A stretch of 19,257 bases of DNA, taken from NCBI GenBank assembly GCA_044220955.1, contig JBGAQA010000012.1, positions 1-19,257 of the forward strand, read 5' to 3'. Source of the stretch: Sandaracinaceae bacterium. Lineage in GTDB: Bacteria; Myxococcota_A; Polyangia; Polyangiales; Sandaracinaceae. The notes under the pieces were generated by a model. The model saw only the letters and a program-made list of their open reading frames with translations. It was not told where the DNA came from and made no database searches. A program made the translations under genes and the position numbers. Shown one piece after another: positions 1-8,720 of this stretch. Position 1 is the first letter of the stretch. Each line of letters begins with the position of its first letter.

Positions 1-2
1 CC

Positions 3-407
3 TGCCGCGCGTGCGCCGCAGACAGCGAGTGCTCGAGCGCGATGGATCGCTGCGTACCGATGCAGTTCATGGGCGCCGCCCACGGCAGCTACTGCCTGCG
101 GCAGTTCAGCGCCGGCTGCATGCGCCCGTACACGGTGCCGACCACGGCCCGCGCGAGCACGTCCGGCGCCGCCGCCGCGATGTACTGCGGAGTGGACGAG
201 ACCGTCACGAGCTGCGAGGCCGTGCAGTCGCTTCGCGACGACGTCAGCTGCACGGTCCCCGGGGACTGCGGGGCGACGGGAATCGACGACGGCCTGTGCC
301 AGACGGTGAACGGCGTCGCCAACAAGTGCACGTACGCGTGCGGCACGTCCGCCGACTGCCCGACTGGTCGGAATTGCGGCGGCGCCGGCTACTGCGGCTC
401 GCCCTGA
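3..407 (+). CDS. C-terminal part of a Cys-rich, probably secreted hypothetical protein (5'-truncated by the window edge)
   Basis: The frame of ORF 42..407 is open back to position 3 (CRACAADSECSSAMDRC...). It has GC-rich third positions, regularly spaced Cys (CTYACGTSADCPTGRNC) and a TGA at 405-407. Confidence 0.75.
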   Translation, partial: CRACAADSECSSAMDRCVPMQFMGAAHGSYCLRQFSAGCMRPYTVPTTARASTSGAAAAMYCGVDETVTSCEAVQSLRDDVSCTVPGDCGATGIDDGLCQTVNGVANKCTYACGTSADCPTGRNCGGAGYCGSP

Positions 408-464
408 ACGTCAGGCGCGTCGCTGAGCCGCCCTCGCATCCGTCCATTTTCTAGTGGTTTCTGA

Positions 465-537
<73 letters not shown>

Positions 538-548
538 GAGCAGCGAAA

Positions 549-577
549 CCGTTACCGTTTCCCGTCGGCCACGTCAA
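549..577 (-). promoter_or_regulatory. Putative sigma70-type promoter of tRNA-Gly
   Basis: Minus strand TTGACG (577-572), 17-bp spacer, then TAACGG (554-549), 11 nt upstream of the tRNA 5' end. The -10 match is weak. Confidence 0.55.
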
Positions 578-588
578 GCGCGGGAGCG

Positions 589-1812
589 TCAGAGGCCGAA
601 GGCGTCGATCGGGACGCGGGCGACGAAGGAGATGCTCGAGCCGCCCGTGGTGAGCGCGGTCCCGAGGATCACCGTTCCGTCGGTCGATGCCGCGAGCACG
701 TTCGTGAGCGCGTAGCCGTCGGGGATCGGGACGCCGGCCGCTGTGAGGATCTCCTGGAGCGGGCGCATGCCCATCGCGGCCGTCCACACGAACGCGGTCG
801 TGGCGCCGAAGCCGCCGCTGCCGCCGAAGACGAGCGCGCCCTGCGCGGCGATCGCGTTCGGGTACGTCGCGTCGCCGCCGAGGCCGCCGGGGAGCAGGCC
901 CATCGAGACGACGCCGCCCGCCTCGGTCCACACGAAGCCCTCCTGGTTCCAGATGCCCGCGAGCACGGAGCCGTCGGCGCTGATCGAGAGCACCTCGCCG
1001 GGCGCGTCGGGCGTGCTCCCCGGGAGCAGCATGCCCGTACCGTCGGCGTGCCAGACGGCGGGCCAGCGGTCGACCATGTCGGTCTGCGCGAAGCCCGCGA
1101 CCACCGATCCGTCGTCCGAGATCACGCTCGCGCGGTTCACCGGGAGGCCGCCGCCCGCCGGCGCCGAGCCGAGTCGGTCCAGCGCCGCGGCGGTGGTGCC
1201 GCTCGCGCCGCGCGTCCAGCGGTACGCGAGCGGCACGCAGCCGTCCCACGCGAGCCCGACCAGCACGCTGCCGTCGGCGCTCACGTCCCACGCGCCGGCG
1301 CGGTCGAAGTCGCAGCCGGTCGTGAACGGATCGGGCTCGTCGCTCCAGTCGCCGCTCTCGGTCCACGAGCCCGCGTGGATGGGCGTGCCGTGCAGCGCGG
1401 ACACACGCCCGGTCGCCGAGATGCCGGTGGCGAAGTCGTGCGCCGGGTCGCCCACCGTGGTCGCGAGGTGCAGCACGCCCGCCGCCACGTCGAAGAGATA
1501 CAGATCGCCCGCCGCGGAGCCGGGATCCTGGATCGCCGCCGTCGCGCCGTCCGGTGTGAGGTCGACGGGCCATCCGTAGTTGATCCACCGGATGCCGGTG
1601 CCCGTGAGGCCCGGGCCCGCGTCGGAGCCCGCATCGGGGCGCGCCGAGGCGTCTGCCGCCCCGGCGTCGAGCGCGCTCGCGGCATCGCCCGTCCCGGCGT
1701 CCGACACCGTCGCCGCGTCGGGCGAGGCCGCGGCGGGTCCGCCACACCCGGCGAGACCGAGCGCGGCCACGAGGAAGAACGGACCGAGCGGGAGCGTGCG
1801 GAGTGAGCCCAT
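589..1812 (-). CDS. Lipoprotein with extracellular beta-propeller-type repeats (HAF-repeat-like)
   Basis: ATG at 1812 gives MGSLRTLPLGPFFLVAALGLAGC (signal peptide plus LAGC lipobox), then a DAG-rich linker. About 7 repeats of the type AWDVSADGSVLVG / ASVISDDGSVVAG / VLSISADGSVLAG / VLAASTDGTVILG follow. The track start at 1962 would overlap the divergent gene. Confidence 0.8.
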   Translation of the reverse strand: MGSLRTLPLGPFFLVAALGLAGCGGPAAASPDAATVSDAGTGDAASALDAGAADASARPDAGSDAGPGLTGTGIRWINYGWPVDLTPDGATAAIQDPGSAAGDLYLFDVAAGVLHLATTVGDPAHDFATGISATGRVSALHGTPIHAGSWTESGDWSDEPDPFTTGCDFDRAGAWDVSADGSVLVGLAWDGCVPLAYRWTRGASGTTAAALDRLGSAPAGGGLPVNRASVISDDGSVVAGFAQTDMVDRWPAVWHADGTGMLLPGSTPDAPGEVLSISADGSVLAGIWNQEGFVWTEAGGVVSMGLLPGGLGGDATYPNAIAAQGALVFGGSGGFGATTAFVWTAAMGMRPLQEILTAAGVPIPDGYALTNVLAASTDGTVILGTALTTGGSSISFVARVPIDAFGL

Positions 1813-1836
1813 GCTCGTGATGTAGCGCCCTCTCGC

Positions 1837-1866
1837 GGGGCATACTTGGGCAACTTTGGGCAGCTT
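1837..1866. promoter_or_regulatory. Three tandem 10-bp direct repeats, candidate winged-helix regulator binding site
   Basis: The minus strand reads AAGCTGCCCA-AAGTTGCCCA-AGTATGCCCC. The TGCCC core recurs with exact 10-bp periodicity in the divergent promoter region. Confidence 0.55.
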
Positions 1867-4684
1867 CGATCCAGCACAGCGAATCCTCCTCGACGGCTGC
1901 GAGGTCGACCTCGGGCAGGCCGAGCTGGTGCGCGGCGCCGAGCGGCAGCGGCTCACGACCAAGGAGCTCGAGGTGCTCCACTATCTGGCGACGAACCCCG
2001 GGCGTCCGATCTCGCACGAGGAGCTGCTGGAGAAGGTGTGGGGCCACTCGCGGCTGGCCTCGACGCAGCCCGTCTACAGCGTGCTGAAGCGGCTCCGGCG
2101 CAAGGTCGACGGGCACGGCGAGCACCGGCACCTCGTCACCGTGCACGGCGTCGGCTACCGCTTCGAGCCGGCGCGCGCGACCGCCACGCAGCGCGCACCT
2201 CTCTCCACGCCCCCGCCTCCCGCCTCGTCGCTCGTCGGCCGCGACGTCGAGCTCACGGCGGTCGATGCGTGCTGGGACGAGGGCGCGCGCATCGTCTCGC
2301 TCGTCGGGCCGGGCGGCGCGGGCAAGACGGCCCTCGCGCGGGAGCTCGCGCTCCGCTGGGCGGCGCGTGTGCGGGACGTGGTCACGTGCGACCTCGCGTC
2401 GATCGACGCAGCGGGCGACGTGCGGCGCGCGGTGTCCCTCGCCGCCGGCGCCCGGGCGAGCGAGGGCGAGGACGCCGGCGGCCCGGACCCGATCCTCGCC
2501 GCGCTGCGCTCGCGCGGGTGCTGGGCCCTCACGCTCGACGGTGCCGAGCACCTGCTGGACGAGGTCGCGTCGCTCGCCGTCGAGCTCTCGCCCGCGGTTC
2601 GCGTGCTCGTCACTTCGCGTGAGCGGCTGGCGATCCCGGGCGAGCGCGCGATCGACGTGGGACCGCTCACGGCTCCCGACGGAGAGCGGCTCTTCCGCGA
2701 TCGGGCGCGCGCAGCGGGCGCGGCGATCGATCCTGGGGCGAGCGTGGCCGAGGTCGTGGCACAGCTCGACGGGCTGCCGCTCGCGATCGAGCTCGCGGCG
2801 GCGCACGCGGCCATCGTCTCGTTCGAGCGGGTGCAGCGCGAGCTCGACCGGCAGCTCGATCACCTCGTCGCCACGCGGCGCGGGGCCCCGGCGCGCCACG
2901 CGACGCTGCGCCGCTCGGTCGAGTGGTCGTGGGGACTGCTCGACCCGGAAGAGCGCGCGGTGCTCGCGCAGTGCACCGTGTTCGCCGGGGGATTCACGCT
3001 GGAGGCGGCCGACGCGGTGATCGCGGCATCGGGCAGCGGCCCGCGCCCCCGGCTCGTCCGGCTCCGCGAGCGCTCGCTCCTGCGCGTGCTCGCCGAGGGC
3101 GCGGGACGCGAGCGGCTCGGGCTCTACCGGACCGTCGCCGAGCTGGCGCACGAGCACCTGGCCGATCGCGACACGGTCGAGGAGCGGCACGCGGCCTGGG
3201 CGCACGCGCTCGTCGTCGAGAGCGGCGTGCTGGAAGACCCGCCGCGGCCCGGCGCGTTCGCGGTGCTCGCGCCGGAGATCGAGAACCTCGCCACGGCGCT
3301 GCGACGGGCGCTCTCGCGCTGGCCGGATCGCGCGGCCGACCTCGCGCTCGCGCACCACCACGTCACCGCGCGCACGAGCGGCCGCGGCGAGGACGCGCTG
3401 CTCCGGAGCGCGCTCGAGGTCGCGGGTCCGGAGAGCGCGCTGCGGCTGCGGCTCGTGCTGGGGCGTTCGCTGCAGCACCAGGGCGCCGAGGGCGCGCGCT
3501 TCCTCGACGAGACGGTGGAGCTCGCGCGCGCGTGCGGGAGCGTGCGGCAGGCTCTCGAGGCCGAGCGGCTCGCCGCCGCGGCGCGCACCGCGATGGGCGA
3601 GCCCGCCGCTGCCCTGGTCCGCCTCGCGACGCTCCTCGATCGCGCGCGCGCGGCGCACGACGCGGGCGTCGTGACGGGCCGGATCGCGCTCGATCTCGCC
3701 GAGGCACACCTCGCGTCGGGCAGCGTCGATCGCGCGGGCGTGCTGGCGACCGACGCCGCACGACGCCTCGAGGCCGGCCGGGATCCGAGCCAGGCCGCGC
3801 GCGCGGCGGGCGTGCTCGTGCACGTGCACCGCGAGAGGCGCGAGCACGAAGACGGCCTCGCGGCGCTCGAGCGCGCGCGGCGCCTGCTCGAGGAGGCGGG
3901 GGACGAGGTCGCGCTCGCGCGCCTCGAGCTCGATCGCGGCGTCTGGCTCGCCGACCTCGGGCGCTCGTCCGAGGCCGAGGCGGCGCTCGATGCGGCCATC
4001 GCGGCGCACCACCGGCTCGGCCTGGTCGCGGGCGAGATCCGCGCGCGCGACTGGATGGTGCTCGCCCTGCTCGGGCTCGGGAAGGACGCCGAGGCGCTCG
4101 CGCAGGCGCGCGAGATCCAGCAGCTCGGCATCGACCTCGGGCGGCGCGTGTACGAGGCCGAGCGCGCGTTCGGCGCGACCTGGCTCGTCACCGGCGCGAT
4201 CGACGACGCCGACCTCGCGTTCGGCCGCGCGCTGGACGTGCTCGCCGAGCGTGGGACCGCGACGGTACGCGGCCACGTGCTCTCCGCGCGCGCGCTCGCG
4301 CGCATCCTCGCCGGGAGGCTCGCCGACGCCGAGGTCGACCTCGCGGAGTGCGCGCGCATCCACGCAGGACGCGGGAGCGACGCTGCAGAGCGCCATGCCC
4401 TCGCTGAGCTCGCGCTGGCCCGCGAGCTCGCGTCACCGCGAGAGACGACCGACGCCGCGCTCGACGCGGCCGATGCGGGGGGAGGGAGCAGCTGGGACCA
4501 GCGCCACGCGCTCGGGCGTCGCGCCGTGGTGGCCATCGTCCGGGCGCGGCGCGCGGGACACACCCCGGCCGAGCTCGCGCGGCTCCACGCGGAAGCACGC
4601 GCCGCCCTCCTCGACGGCGCCGCCGCGCCGACCGACTACTTCACGCGCTGCTCGCTGCTGCTGATCGACCACGTCGCAGGCTGA
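1856..4684 (+). CDS. Transcriptional regulator: OmpR-type winged helix + STAND/NB-ARC-like ATPase + TPR-like helical repeats
   Basis: N-terminal Trans_reg_C-like segment (LTTKELEVLHYLA...ISHEELLEKVWG...LRRKV...LVTVHGVGYRF). Walker A GPGGAGKT, Walker B LTLDGAEHL, VLVTSRE, LDGLPLAIELAA and RHATLRRSVEWSW follow, then Ala/Leu-rich helical repeats. TTG start; an in-frame TAG at 1823-1825 limits upstream extension. Confidence 0.9.
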   Translation: MGSFDPAQRILLDGCEVDLGQAELVRGAERQRLTTKELEVLHYLATNPGRPISHEELLEKVWGHSRLASTQPVYSVLKRLRRKVDGHGEHRHLVTVHGVGYRFEPARATATQRAPLSTPPPPASSLVGRDVELTAVDACWDEGARIVSLVGPGGAGKTALARELALRWAARVRDVVTCDLASIDAAGDVRRAVSLAAGARASEGEDAGGPDPILAALRSRGCWALTLDGAEHLLDEVASLAVELSPAVRVLVTSRERLAIPGERAIDVGPLTAPDGERLFRDRARAAGAAIDPGASVAEVVAQLDGLPLAIELAAAHAAIVSFERVQRELDRQLDHLVATRRGAPARHATLRRSVEWSWGLLDPEERAVLAQCTVFAGGFTLEAADAVIAASGSGPRPRLVRLRERSLLRVLAEGAGRERLGLYRTVAELAHEHLADRDTVEERHAAWAHALVVESGVLEDPPRPGAFAVLAPEIENLATALRRALSRWPDRAADLALAHHHVTARTSGRGEDALLRSALEVAGPESALRLRLVLGRSLQHQGAEGARFLDETVELARACGSVRQALEAERLAAAARTAMGEPAAALVRLATLLDRARAAHDAGVVTGRIALDLAEAHLASGSVDRAGVLATDAARRLEAGRDPSQAARAAGVLVHVHRERREHEDGLAALERARRLLEEAGDEVALARLELDRGVWLADLGRSSEAEAALDAAIAAHHRLGLVAGEIRARDWMVLALLGLGKDAEALAQAREIQQLGIDLGRRVYEAERAFGATWLVTGAIDDADLAFGRALDVLAERGTATVRGHVLSARALARILAGRLADAEVDLAECARIHAGRGSDAAERHALAELALARELASPRETTDAALDAADAGGGSSWDQRHALGRRAVVAIVRARRAGHTPAELARLHAEARAALLDGAAAPTDYFTRCSLLLIDHVAG

Positions 4685-4721
4685 CCCCCGGCGCGTCCGC
4701 GGCGTGCTACGAACGCGACAA

Positions 4722-4765
4722 GGGTCCAGCGCGGGCTGGAGGATCGGATGGTCGGGCCGCCATCC
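4722..4765 (+). ncRNA. Candidate nhaA-I motif (Li+-I class) riboswitch in the nhaA leader
   Basis: GGG-TCCAGC-GCGG-GCTGGA hairpin, a short linker, then a GGATGG-TCGGGCCG-CCATCC hairpin. The GGTCGGGCCGCC core and two-hairpin layout match my recollection of the nhaA-I motif, and the element sits directly at the 5' end of nhaA. Confidence 0.7.
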
Positions 4766-6196
4766 ACGCCTCCCATGCGTCCGAGCTCGCCCGATCATCG
4801 CCCACCGACCGCCGCGGCTGCGCCTCCCGAGGCGTGGGAGCCGCTCGTGCGGCTCGGCCGGCTGGCGGGGAGGCCGCTCGAGCGCTTCCTGCGCATCGAG
4901 GCGGCGAGCGGCGTCGTGCTCGTCGTCACCGCGCTGGTCGCGCTCGCCTGGGCCACCTTCGCGAGCGCGAGCTACGAGGCGGTGTGGCAGACGCCCGTCG
5001 GCGTGCGCATCGGCGGCTGGTCGTTCGAGCAGACGCTCGCGTGGGTGGTGAACGACGGCCTCATGGTCGTCTTCTTCTTCGTCGTCGGGATGGAGATCCG
5101 GCGCGAGCTGCACCACGGCGAGCTGAGCGAGTGGCGGCGTGCCGCGCTCCCGGCGCTCGCGGCGCTCGGCGGGATGATCGCTCCGGCGCTCCTCTACCTC
5201 TCGGTCGCGTCGACGCCGGCCGCGCGGAGCGGCTGGGGCGTGCCGATGGCGACCGACATCGCGTTCGCGGTCGGCGTCCTGGCGCTGCTCGGCAAGCGCG
5301 TGCCGGCCGCGCTGCGCGTGCTGCTGCTCGCCCTGGCGGTGATCGACGACCTCGGCGCGATCGTCGTCATCGCGCTGTTCTACTCGTCGGGCGTCGCCCC
5401 GATCGGCCTCGGCGTCGCGGCGCTCGGGGTGGCAGCCATCCTCGCCATGCAGCGCTTCGGCGTGCGCACCAAGCTGCTCTACGTCGCTCCCGCGCTCGTC
5501 GCGTGGGCGGGCGTCTACGCGGCAGGCGTGCACCCGACGATCGCGGGCGTGATCGTGGGCCTGCTCACCCCGGTCCGGGCGTGGCTCGGCCACGACGGCT
5601 TCATCCGCGGCCTGCGCAAGGAGCTCGACGCGCTCGCCGCGGCGTCCCCCGCGGAGCGCTCGTCGCGCGAGCTGGCCGAGCACCTCGGGCACGTGGACGC
5701 GGCGCGCCGCGAGGCGATCTCGCCCGCCGAGAGCCTCATCGAGCGGCTGCACCCCTGGGTGGCGTTCGGGATCATGCCGCTCTTCGCGCTCGCGAACGCC
5801 GGCGTGCACGTCGAGGCGCTGCCTGCGGACATGGCCTCGCTCGCGGCGATGGGCGGCGTGATGCTCGGCCTCGTCGTGGGCAAGCCGCTCGGCATCCTCG
5901 TCACCTGCTTCCTCGCGGTGCGCCTGCGGGTCGCGACCCTGCCGGCGGGGATCGGCGCGCGGCAGCTCGTGGTGCTCGGGGCGGTCGCCGGGATCGGCTT
6001 CACGATGTCGATCTTCGTCGCCTCGCTCGCGTTCACCGGGCCCGCGCAGCTCGCGGCGGCCAAGCTCGGCGTGCTCGCGGGCAGCGCGATCGCGGCCGTC
6101 CTCGCGCTCGCGCTCGGGCGCTGGCTCCTACCCGTCACGACGAGCCCCGCGATCGCGGCGAGCGCGGACGAGGCCGAGAGCTCGACCGAGCAGTAG
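4748..6196 (+). CDS. nhaA: Na+/H+ antiporter NhaA
   Basis: Motifs WVVNDGLMVVFFFVVGMEIRRE, GWGVPMATDIAF, LAVIDDLGAI (DD ion-binding pair), GVHPTIAGV, PLFALANAGV, GKPLGI and GIGFTMSIF. The start is ambiguous: ATG 4748 has GGAGG at 4738-4742, and there is an in-frame ATG at 4775. Confidence 0.97.
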   Translation: MVGPPSTPPMRPSSPDHRPPTAAAAPPEAWEPLVRLGRLAGRPLERFLRIEAASGVVLVVTALVALAWATFASASYEAVWQTPVGVRIGGWSFEQTLAWVVNDGLMVVFFFVVGMEIRRELHHGELSEWRRAALPALAALGGMIAPALLYLSVASTPAARSGWGVPMATDIAFAVGVLALLGKRVPAALRVLLLALAVIDDLGAIVVIALFYSSGVAPIGLGVAALGVAAILAMQRFGVRTKLLYVAPALVAWAGVYAAGVHPTIAGVIVGLLTPVRAWLGHDGFIRGLRKELDALAAASPAERSSRELAEHLGHVDAARREAISPAESLIERLHPWVAFGIMPLFALANAGVHVEALPADMASLAAMGGVMLGLVVGKPLGILVTCFLAVRLRVATLPAGIGARQLVVLGAVAGIGFTMSIFVASLAFTGPAQLAAAKLGVLAGSAIAAVLALALGRWLLPVTTSPAIAASADEAESSTEQ

Positions 6197-6236
6197 CGCC
6201 GGGAATGTGCCGCACGCGCCGCGCGTACCACCCGCC

Positions 6237-7286
6237 GTGCGCTCCGCAGTCCGCGGCCTCGCGGCCCTCGCCATCGCCATCGCCCTCGCCCTCGCGCCCC
6301 CGGCACGCGCGAACTGGCTCGGCGCGGCCGCCGCCCACGAGGATCGCGAGGGGCCGATCGCCGTCTGGAGCGCCACCGAGCTGGCGGTGAGCCGGGACGA
6401 CGGCGCGAGCTTCACGACGCTCGCGATGCCGGTCACGAACGTTCGCCGCGTGCTCGTGGAGCGGAGCGGCGCGCTGCTGGTGCTCGGCGGGACGGCGGGC
6501 GGCGACCAGGCGCTGCTCACGCGTGTGCACCCCGACGGTGCGCTCGAGCCGATCGAGGTGCCCGGCTGGATCTCGGCCATCGAGACGGGCGGCGACGTGC
6601 TCGTGGGCCTCATGCCCTACGAGGGATCGGTCGTGATCTCGCGCAGCCGAGGGCCGCTCGCGACCTACCGCCTGCCGCCTCTCTTCGATCGCGCGGCGTG
6701 CACCGAGGACGGCGCCGCCGACGCCGCCGCCCTCGCCGAGTGCCTCGCGGAGCGCTCGATCTCGACGGACGCGTCGGTCGCGGTCGATCGCGACGGCACG
6801 GCGCACGTCGTCGACGTCGAGGTGAACACCTGCGGCAGCTCGGACCGACTCGAGTGGGCACGCACGATCACGGTCCACCCGGACGGCCACGCCCGTGACG
6901 CCCGCCTCCGGATCACGCCCGTCGATCCGGTGTACCCCACACGCTGGACCGCCGCGTGGCGCGGCTGGAGCTACGCCCTCGCGAGTGACGGTCGGCTCGC
7001 GTCGCTCGTCGCGGGCCGCACGCGAGTGCTCGAGGGAGCGCGCGGCGAGGCGTCTCCGGGCGGAACCGCGCTGGCGACGGTGGGCAACGGCGCGATCACG
7101 CTCGCGCAGGTGGGCCGAGGCGTCGTGCGCCTCGACGGCGATCGGGTCCGCGTGCTCGTGACGCTCGAGGGCGACGCCGACCTCGCCGACGTCGACGCGC
7201 GAGGCCGCGTGCTCGCCCTCTCGGCCGACGCGCTCCGGCGCTGGAGCCGCCGCTCCGGCTGGGAGACGCTGACGAGCGCGCGCTGA
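6237..7286 (+). CDS. Secreted hypothetical protein, beta-rich, with a possible BNR/Asp-box-like motif
   Basis: GTG at 6237 gives a signal peptide (RSAVRGLAALAIAIALALAPPARA). SRDDGASF resembles an Asp-box (SxDxGxTW/F). Alternative start at 6207. Confidence 0.65.
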   Translation: MRSAVRGLAALAIAIALALAPPARANWLGAAAAHEDREGPIAVWSATELAVSRDDGASFTTLAMPVTNVRRVLVERSGALLVLGGTAGGDQALLTRVHPDGALEPIEVPGWISAIETGGDVLVGLMPYEGSVVISRSRGPLATYRLPPLFDRAACTEDGAADAAALAECLAERSISTDASVAVDRDGTAHVVDVEVNTCGSSDRLEWARTITVHPDGHARDARLRITPVDPVYPTRWTAAWRGWSYALASDGRLASLVAGRTRVLEGARGEASPGGTALATVGNGAITLAQVGRGVVRLDGDRVRVLVTLEGDADLADVDARGRVLALSADALRRWSRRSGWETLTSAR

Positions 7287-7304
7287 GGGCGTCGCGCGCG
7301 CTCG

Positions 7305-8576
7305 TCAGCAGGCGGAGCCGCTCGGCAGGCACGCCCAGCCGACTCCAGTGGCCGTGAGGCACGCGCTGCAGTACGAGCCGGAGGCGCAGCCCGTGGTGCG
7401 GCAGTCTGCCGGGTCCACGCACGCGCCGGCGTACGCGACGTCGGTGCCGCTCGCCTCCGCGTCGCAGGGGTTCGAGTAGGTGTGACCGTCGCAGCCGCAC
7501 GTCGGCGAGTAGTAGAGCGGGCACGCGTCCGGGCGCGGCCGGCACATCCCTCGCGCGCCGCAGACGCCGCCCTCCGGCACGTCGCACCACTCGCTCGCGG
7601 CGCAGGGCGTCGCGCCTGGGCCGCCGCACTCGGTCGTGACGTCGCACGAGCCCACGCCCAGCACGGAGGTGCCCGCGGCGTTGGCCGCGCAGGCGTTGGG
7701 ATACGTGACGCCGTCGCAGCCGCAGACCGGCGCGTAGATCTCGATGCAAGCCTCGGGTCGCGGGCGGCACACGCCCGTCGCGTCGGCCGCGCCGCAGAGC
7801 GCGTCGGGGGCGTAGTCGCAGAACTCGTTCGCCTCGCAGGTGAAGCCGGCCAGCCCACCGCACGCGGACGTGCTGCACGCGCCCTCGTACGCGACGTCGA
7901 CCCCGGCGACGTTCGCGTCGCATGCGCTCGAGTAGGTGGCGCCGTCGCAGCCGCAGACCTGGCGCACCACGGGCGGGCACGCGAGCGGACGATGTCGGCA
8001 GACGCCGGACGCGCTCGCGCCGCAGCCGGAGGCGTCCGCATAGTCGCAGAACGACTGGGCGTCGCAGGTCCGCGCCGCGTCGCAGCCCAGCGCCTCGCAG
8101 CTCACGTGCGACGCGACGCACGCGGAGGACGTCGCCGCGATGCGGGCGCAGTCGACGCCGCGGCACGAGCACCCGACCAGGCCGGTGCACGCGGAGCCGT
8201 CCCAGTACCAGCCGAGCACCGCGTCGCACGCCCCCACGGCAGCGGCGTCCTCGGGTGTGCACGGGTCGTCGCACGCGCCCGAGCGCGCGACGTCGACGCC
8301 GGCTCCGTGCGCGACGCACGGGTTGTCGTACGTGTGCCCGTCGCAGCCGCAGACCGGGGAGGTGTAGGCCGGGCATGCGCCGGGAACGCCGGCACAGAGC
8401 CCGAGCGAGCCGCCGCGTCCACAGGCGTCCCCCTGGGGGTAGTCGCAGTAGGCTCCCGGCCCGCAGGCGCTCGTCCCGGAGCAGAGCAGCACCGGGTGGA
8501 CCTCGACGAGACACCCCGCGAGCGAGCATGTCGCGACGCCGAGCGCGGCCAGCCAGAGCGAAATCGGAGCGCGCAT
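7305..8576 (-). CDS. Cys-rich lipoprotein with four Kazal-type protease-inhibitor repeats and one Kunitz/BPTI-like segment
   Basis: GGAGG lies 7 nt before the ATG, followed by a signal peptide with an LAGC lipobox. Four copies of xCGCDGxTYxxxC: PVCGCDGHTYDNPC, QVCGCDGATYSSAC, PVCGCDGVTYPNAC, PTCGCDGHTYSNPC. Confidence 0.88.
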   Translation of the reverse strand: MRAPISLWLAALGVATCSLAGCLVEVHPVLLCSGTSACGPGAYCDYPQGDACGRGGSLGLCAGVPGACPAYTSPVCGCDGHTYDNPCVAHGAGVDVARSGACDDPCTPEDAAAVGACDAVLGWYWDGSACTGLVGCSCRGVDCARIAATSSACVASHVSCEALGCDAARTCDAQSFCDYADASGCGASASGVCRHRPLACPPVVRQVCGCDGATYSSACDANVAGVDVAYEGACSTSACGGLAGFTCEANEFCDYAPDALCGAADATGVCRPRPEACIEIYAPVCGCDGVTYPNACAANAAGTSVLGVGSCDVTTECGGPGATPCAASEWCDVPEGGVCGARGMCRPRPDACPLYYSPTCGCDGHTYSNPCDAEASGTDVAYAGACVDPADCRTTGCASGSYCSACLTATGVGWACLPSGSAC

Positions 8577-8720
8577 GACCGAACCTCCGTCGTCGACCTA
8601 GGCGCGGCGAGCGCGGGCGCAGGGGCGGGCCCGCGCCCCTGCTGCGAACACGCACGAGCCGGCCACGCGGGGCTGGCGGGACCGGCTGGCGAGGCGCGAT
8701 GGAGTGCTTACCGAGAGGTC

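Noticed and set aside
545..561. GAAAC-N7-GTTTC palindrome over the tRNA -10 region
   Set aside because: Only 5-bp arms and no candidate regulator, so it is too weak to call.
1856..4684. STAND ATPase as an Avs/NLR-like antiphage defence protein
   Set aside because: The N-terminus is an OmpR-type DNA-binding domain rather than a nuclease, TIR or SIR2 effector, and there is no defence-island context.
7440..8360. Recurring DNA motif (CCGTCGCAGCCGCA) as a possible CRISPR or DNA repeat array
   Set aside because: It encodes the CGCDG core of the Kazal repeats. Spacing is irregular and entirely within a coding frame, and there are no cas genes.
7482..8720. N-terminal extensions of track ORFs 7482..9314, 8699..10195, 13406..15931, 14606..15703 and 16565..17743
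   Set aside because: The extensions overlap other well-supported genes and are low-complexity. Internal starts with SD, signal peptides or family N-termini fit better.
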